Shown: piece by piece, positions 38,320 to 41,107 of the stretch
Position numbering within the stretch: the stretch's first letter is position 1
How the letters are laid out: the number at the start of each line of letters is the position of its first letter
From: a virus
IMG/VR virus record: IMGVR_UViG_3300045988_093172
Length of the DNA: 41,107 nt
Strand: one strand, 5' to 3'
Program-made: the position numbers and the translations under genes
The notes under the pieces: model-generated
Seen by the model: only the letters and a program-made list of their open reading frames with translations
Database searches by the model: none
What the model was told of the DNA's origin: nothing

Positions 38320-38775
38320 GTGGCTATTAATAATGTTTTATATAGTAGTGAAAGTGAAGTGTGGGAGACACCGAAAGACCTGTTTGACAAGCTGGATACT
38401 GAGTTCCATTTTGATATAGATGTATGCGCCTTACCTTTCAATGCTAAATGTACTACTTTCTTTACTCCAGATCAGGACGGCTTGAAGCAGAAGTGGGAAG
38501 GTGTCTGTTGGATGAATCCTCCTTACGGTAGGAAGATTGGGGCATGGATGAGCAAGGCCTTGGAGGCAAAGACAACGGTAGTGTGTCTCGTACCTGCTCG
38601 AACAGACACAAAGTGGTGGCATGAGTATGCTATGAAAGCCTCTGAAATTCGCTTTGTAAAAGGACGATTGAAGTTTGGTGACAGTAAAAACAGTGCACCA
38701 TTTCCCAGTGCGATTATCGTATTTAGAAAAAAAAATAATGAAAATATAAAGGTAACTAGCTTTGAGAAAGGATGA
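38320..38775 (+). CDS. DNA N6-adenine methyltransferase (phage Dam-like family)
   Basis: WETPKDLFDKLDTEFHFDIDVCA, CWMNPPYGR (NPPY catalytic motif) and LVPARTDTKWWH fit the phage N-6-adenine-methyltransferase family. GTG start with AGGAGG 6 nt upstream. Target specificity cannot be read from the sequence. Confidence 0.85.
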   Translation: MAINNVLYSSESEVWETPKDLFDKLDTEFHFDIDVCALPFNAKCTTFFTPDQDGLKQKWEGVCWMNPPYGRKIGAWMSKALEAKTTVVCLVPARTDTKWWHEYAMKASEIRFVKGRLKFGDSKNSAPFPSAIIVFRKKNNENIKVTSFEKG

Positions 38776-38779
38776 TAGT

Positions 38780-39055
38780 ATGAGTAAAATCAATCCGGAA
38801 CTGCTGGATATTCTGGCACAGGAAGAAGTTAATGCCTTGATTGAGGGTATTCAGAATGAAGACTTGAGACACAGCCCTCAGTTCTTGGCAAAAGTCAGAC
38901 AGTTCTTGAAAGACAATGAGCTGAAGACAACTCCTGAAACGACGACGCCTTTGGTGTCCATGGTTACAAAAGAATTGCCTGACTTCTTGGATGATGATGA
39001 AGATGAAGGGGGTGCTGTGAAGGGTGCAGGTTCAGTGGACTCCAGAGCAAATTGA
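38780..39055 (+). CDS. Terminase small subunit, T7 gp18-like
   Basis: Position directly upstream of terL, size (91 aa versus 89 aa), and a shared SPQ(F/L) segment plus acidic C-terminus as I recall them from T7 gp18. Start moved from 38762 to ATG 38780 (RBS GAAAGGA). Confidence 0.65.
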   Translation: MSKINPELLDILAQEEVNALIEGIQNEDLRHSPQFLAKVRQFLKDNELKTTPETTTPLVSMVTKELPDFLDDDEDEGGAVKGAGSVDSRAN

Positions 39056-40739
39056 AGCGGCTAAGAAAGACTTCAGGAAGTTCTTGTTTATCCTCTGGCA
39101 TGAGATAGCCCTTCCTGAACCGACAGACATACAGTATGCTATTGCGACACTCCTCATGAAATGCCCTGAGAAACGATATATCATTGAAGGGTTCCGTGGG
39201 GTAGCTAAGTCCTTCATTACTTGTGCTTATGTCGTATGGTCACTTTGGAATGACCCTCAACTGAAGTGTCTCATTATCTCTGCAAGTAAAGACAGAGCAG
39301 ATGCAAACGCCGTGTTTATCCGAAAGATAATCTACTTACTAGACTTTTTGTCTCACCTAAAACCTCGTGACGGACAGCGTAACACTCAGAATCTTTTTGA
39401 TGTTGGGGAAGCCGTAGCGGATATTTCCCCCTCTGTAAAGTCTGTTGGTATTACGGGTCAGATAACAGGTAGCCGTGCGGACATACTGATTGCGGATGAC
39501 GTAGAGATTCCCAATAATTCCAGTACACAGACACGGAGGGACAAGCTGTTTGAGGATGTTAAGGAATTTGATGCCATTATCAAGCCGGGGGATAGAAGTA
39601 AGGTTATATACCTCGGTACTCCGCAGAACGAAATGTCTCTGTACAATGAGCTTCAGAATCGTGGATATTCCTGCTATATTTTCCCGCTGGTATACCCTGA
39701 GACACCAGAAGAGCGTGAGTATTACGGGGACAAATTAGCTCCTTTTATTGCTACCCCTTACGACAAAAACCCTGCTCTGTATGCAGGAAAGCCGACTGAC
39801 CCTAGAAGATTCCCTGAAGAGGAAATTGAGGAACGTCGGCAGTCCTACGGTAAAGCAGGGTTTTCCTTACAGTTCAAACTGAATACGAACTTGTCTGACT
39901 ACGAAAAATATCCCCTGAAGACACAGGACTTGATTGTGTCTAATGTGGACATGGATGAAACCTCTTTGAAGTGGTCATGGTCAAGCGGTTATGAGTATCG
40001 TCTGAATGACCTCCCCTGTGTCGCCATTAAGGGCGACTTTTTCTATCGTGAGCATAGTAGAAGCCAGGAGACAGCTAAGTATACAGGATGTGTTATGGCT
40101 GTTGACCCTTCTGGTAGAGGTACTGACGAGACTGCCTACGCTATCGTGAAGTACCTGAATGGGTATCTCTTTGTAGTAGAAGTAGGAGGTTTTCAGGATG
40201 GTTACTCAGATGCCGTGTTGACACAGCTGGCTAACAAGGCTAAAATCCATGGAGTTAATGAGATTATCGTAGAAGCAAACTTTGGGGACGGTATGTTCAC
40301 TCAGCTATTCAAGCCTATCCTGACGAGTATTTACCCCTGTGCTGTACAGGAAGTGAAGAACACAGTACAGAAGGAAGCTCGTATTATAGACACCTTAGAA
40401 CCTGTTATGATGAGACACAAGATTATCATGACTGAGACAGTTATTCGTGATGATTACAGCGTGTATGAGGAAAAGGGACAGAAATATTCGCTGATTTACC
40501 AGATGACCCGTCTGAGTAGAGATAGGGGTTCATTGGCACACGATGACCGCTTAGATGCCCTGACTATGGCTGTGTCTTACTGGTTGGATGTCATGGATAG
40601 AGATTACCAGACTGGACTGGATGAACAGTTAGAAGAATTTCTGGAGACAGCTCTGGATGATGATCGGGGTCTGTTCTCTATGATGTATGGAGAAGTAGAA
40701 GATAGTAGTAATAGGAACATCATGAAGAAAAAATGGTAA
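39024..40739 (+). CDS. Terminase large subunit, T7 gp19-like
   Basis: FRGVAKSFITCAYVVWSLWNDPQLKCLIISASKDRADANAVFIRK, SVGITGQITGSRADILIADDVEIPNNS, VIYLGTPQNEMSLYNEL and LAHDDRLDAL closely parallel T7 gp19. GTG start at 39024. Confidence 0.95.
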   Translation: MQVQWTPEQIEAAKKDFRKFLFILWHEIALPEPTDIQYAIATLLMKCPEKRYIIEGFRGVAKSFITCAYVVWSLWNDPQLKCLIISASKDRADANAVFIRKIIYLLDFLSHLKPRDGQRNTQNLFDVGEAVADISPSVKSVGITGQITGSRADILIADDVEIPNNSSTQTRRDKLFEDVKEFDAIIKPGDRSKVIYLGTPQNEMSLYNELQNRGYSCYIFPLVYPETPEEREYYGDKLAPFIATPYDKNPALYAGKPTDPRRFPEEEIEERRQSYGKAGFSLQFKLNTNLSDYEKYPLKTQDLIVSNVDMDETSLKWSWSSGYEYRLNDLPCVAIKGDFFYREHSRSQETAKYTGCVMAVDPSGRGTDETAYAIVKYLNGYLFVVEVGGFQDGYSDAVLTQLANKAKIHGVNEIIVEANFGDGMFTQLFKPILTSIYPCAVQEVKNTVQKEARIIDTLEPVMMRHKIIMTETVIRDDYSVYEEKGQKYSLIYQMTRLSRDRGSLAHDDRLDALTMAVSYWLDVMDRDYQTGLDEQLEEFLETALDDDRGLFSMMYGEVEDSSNRNIMKKKW

Positions 40740-40758
40740 TTGTCACACATATATACAA
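40736..40758 (+). promoter_or_regulatory. Phage RNAP promoter, variant copy overlapping the terminase stop codon
   Basis: GTAATTGTCACACATATATACAA. The invariant 14-mer is present but the initiation region is divergent. Confidence 0.65.
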
Positions 40759-40763
40759 AGTCG

Positions 40764-40786
40764 TTAATTGTCACACATACAGAGGA
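40764..40786 (+). promoter_or_regulatory. Phage RNAP promoter (consensus copy) at the extreme right end, pointing toward the 89-bp repeat
   Basis: TTAATTGTCACACATACAGAGGA, identical to 8318-8340. Its position is equivalent to T7 phiOR. Confidence 0.85.
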
Positions 40787-40801
40787 AAGCAGAGGAAAAC
40801 T

Positions 40802-40882
40802 AAAGTATATCTAAGTATTTCCTCTGTTCCTCTAGTATACCTAAGTATTCCTTAGTATTACAGTTAGGAGTCCTTTAGTATC
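40802..40882. repeat. 10-bp-phased (T/A)AGTAT repeats downstream of the right-end promoters
   Basis: AGTAT starts at 40804, 40814, 40834, 40844, 40854 and 40877. The array contains the 13-mer CCTAAGTATTCCT (40840-40852), shared with the 8152-8233 array. Confidence 0.7.
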
Positions 40883-40887
40883 CTAAA

Positions 40888-40958
40888 GAACCCCGAACCT
40901 TAGGAACTCAAAGGGAACACAACTGGAACCCTAAGAGAACTCCGTAGGAACTCACTAA
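40888..40958. repeat. 11-bp-phased GGAAC/GAGAAC repeats next to the 89-bp repeat
   Basis: GAAC starts at 40888, 40895, 40904, 40915, 40926, 40937 and 40948; the last five are exactly 11 bp apart. Units are TTAGGAACTCA / AAGGGAACACA / ACTGGAACCCT / AAGAGAACTCC / GTAGGAACTCA. Confidence 0.7.
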
Positions 40959-41018
40959 GGAAAAGCACCAACAACTACACCTAACTACCTCCTATAAAGA
41001 ACTACTAAGAGGAACCCA

Positions 41019-41107
41019 GAGTCACCATGGGCATCACCGTCGTCTTCGGTACGTCCGTTGCGACCATCTTCGGGGTCTTCCTTATCCCCATGATGTTCAT
41101 CATCGTA
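41019..41107. repeat. Right copy of the 89-bp perfect direct repeat (candidate attR / attP core)
   Basis: Identical to 1-89. The transporter-like frame is closed by TAA at 41006-41008, 4 codons upstream of this copy, so the coding-looking sequence starts essentially at the repeat boundary. Confidence 0.95.

Noticed and set aside
1-41107. Search for tRNA or rRNA genes, CRISPR arrays, transposase-bounded IS elements and toxin-antitoxin pairs.
   Set aside because: I recognised no cloverleaf-like sequence, repeat-spacer array or inverted-repeat-bounded transposase. The only IS-like feature is the OrfA-type HTH at 2682..3044, which has no OrfB or terminal inverted repeats. A tRNAscan/Infernal run would be needed for certainty.

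Overview
The window is essentially one complete T7-like podophage genome of about 41 kb, carrying a single-subunit RNA polymerase and bounded by an 89-bp perfect direct repeat (1..89 = 41019..41107). From 5.4 kb rightward, gene order follows T7 closely: RNAP, gp2.5-like SSB, endonuclease I, a gp3.5-like protein, primase-helicase, family A DNA polymerase, gp6-like exonuclease, gp7.3-like protein, portal, scaffold, capsid, tail tubular A/B, internal core proteins gp14/15/16-like, tail fiber, lysis cassette, terS and terL. Several of these show strong similarity to T7 sequences as I recall them. Unlike T7, the left 5.4 kb is a lysogeny and early module. It holds a tyrosine integrase next to the repeat, a small membrane protein, a 65-aa XRE repressor with four 16-bp palindromic operators, and a rightward early operon transcribed by host-type promoters, which encodes acidic proteins and a SprT-like protease. 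The 89-bp repeat reads as the 3' end of an RND (AcrB-like) transporter gene. My favoured reading is therefore a prophage or attP that targets the 3' end of a host efflux gene; a true terminal repeat or an assembly overlap cannot be excluded. Seven copies of a phage promoter (invariant TAATTGTCACACAT) are visible. One sits directly in front of the RNAP gene behind a terminator, one lies inside the dUTPase gene, and two at the far right end fire across the repeat. Other notable features:
- a DNA polymerase gene split at motif B by a roughly 690-bp insertion carrying an HNH endonuclease
- an anaerobic nucleotide-metabolism set (nrdD, nrdG, a glutaredoxin-like gene, thyX, dut)
- phased 10-bp and 11-bp repeat arrays downstream of promoters
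- conserved RNase III-like hairpins in the early operon
- two almost fully overlapping spanin-like ORFs
- a strong genome-wide excess of the word TTTGTCT / KTGTCT, which matches the T7 primase site class

No tRNA, rRNA or CRISPR array was recognised. All functional calls rest on motif recognition and recalled homologs, not on database searches.
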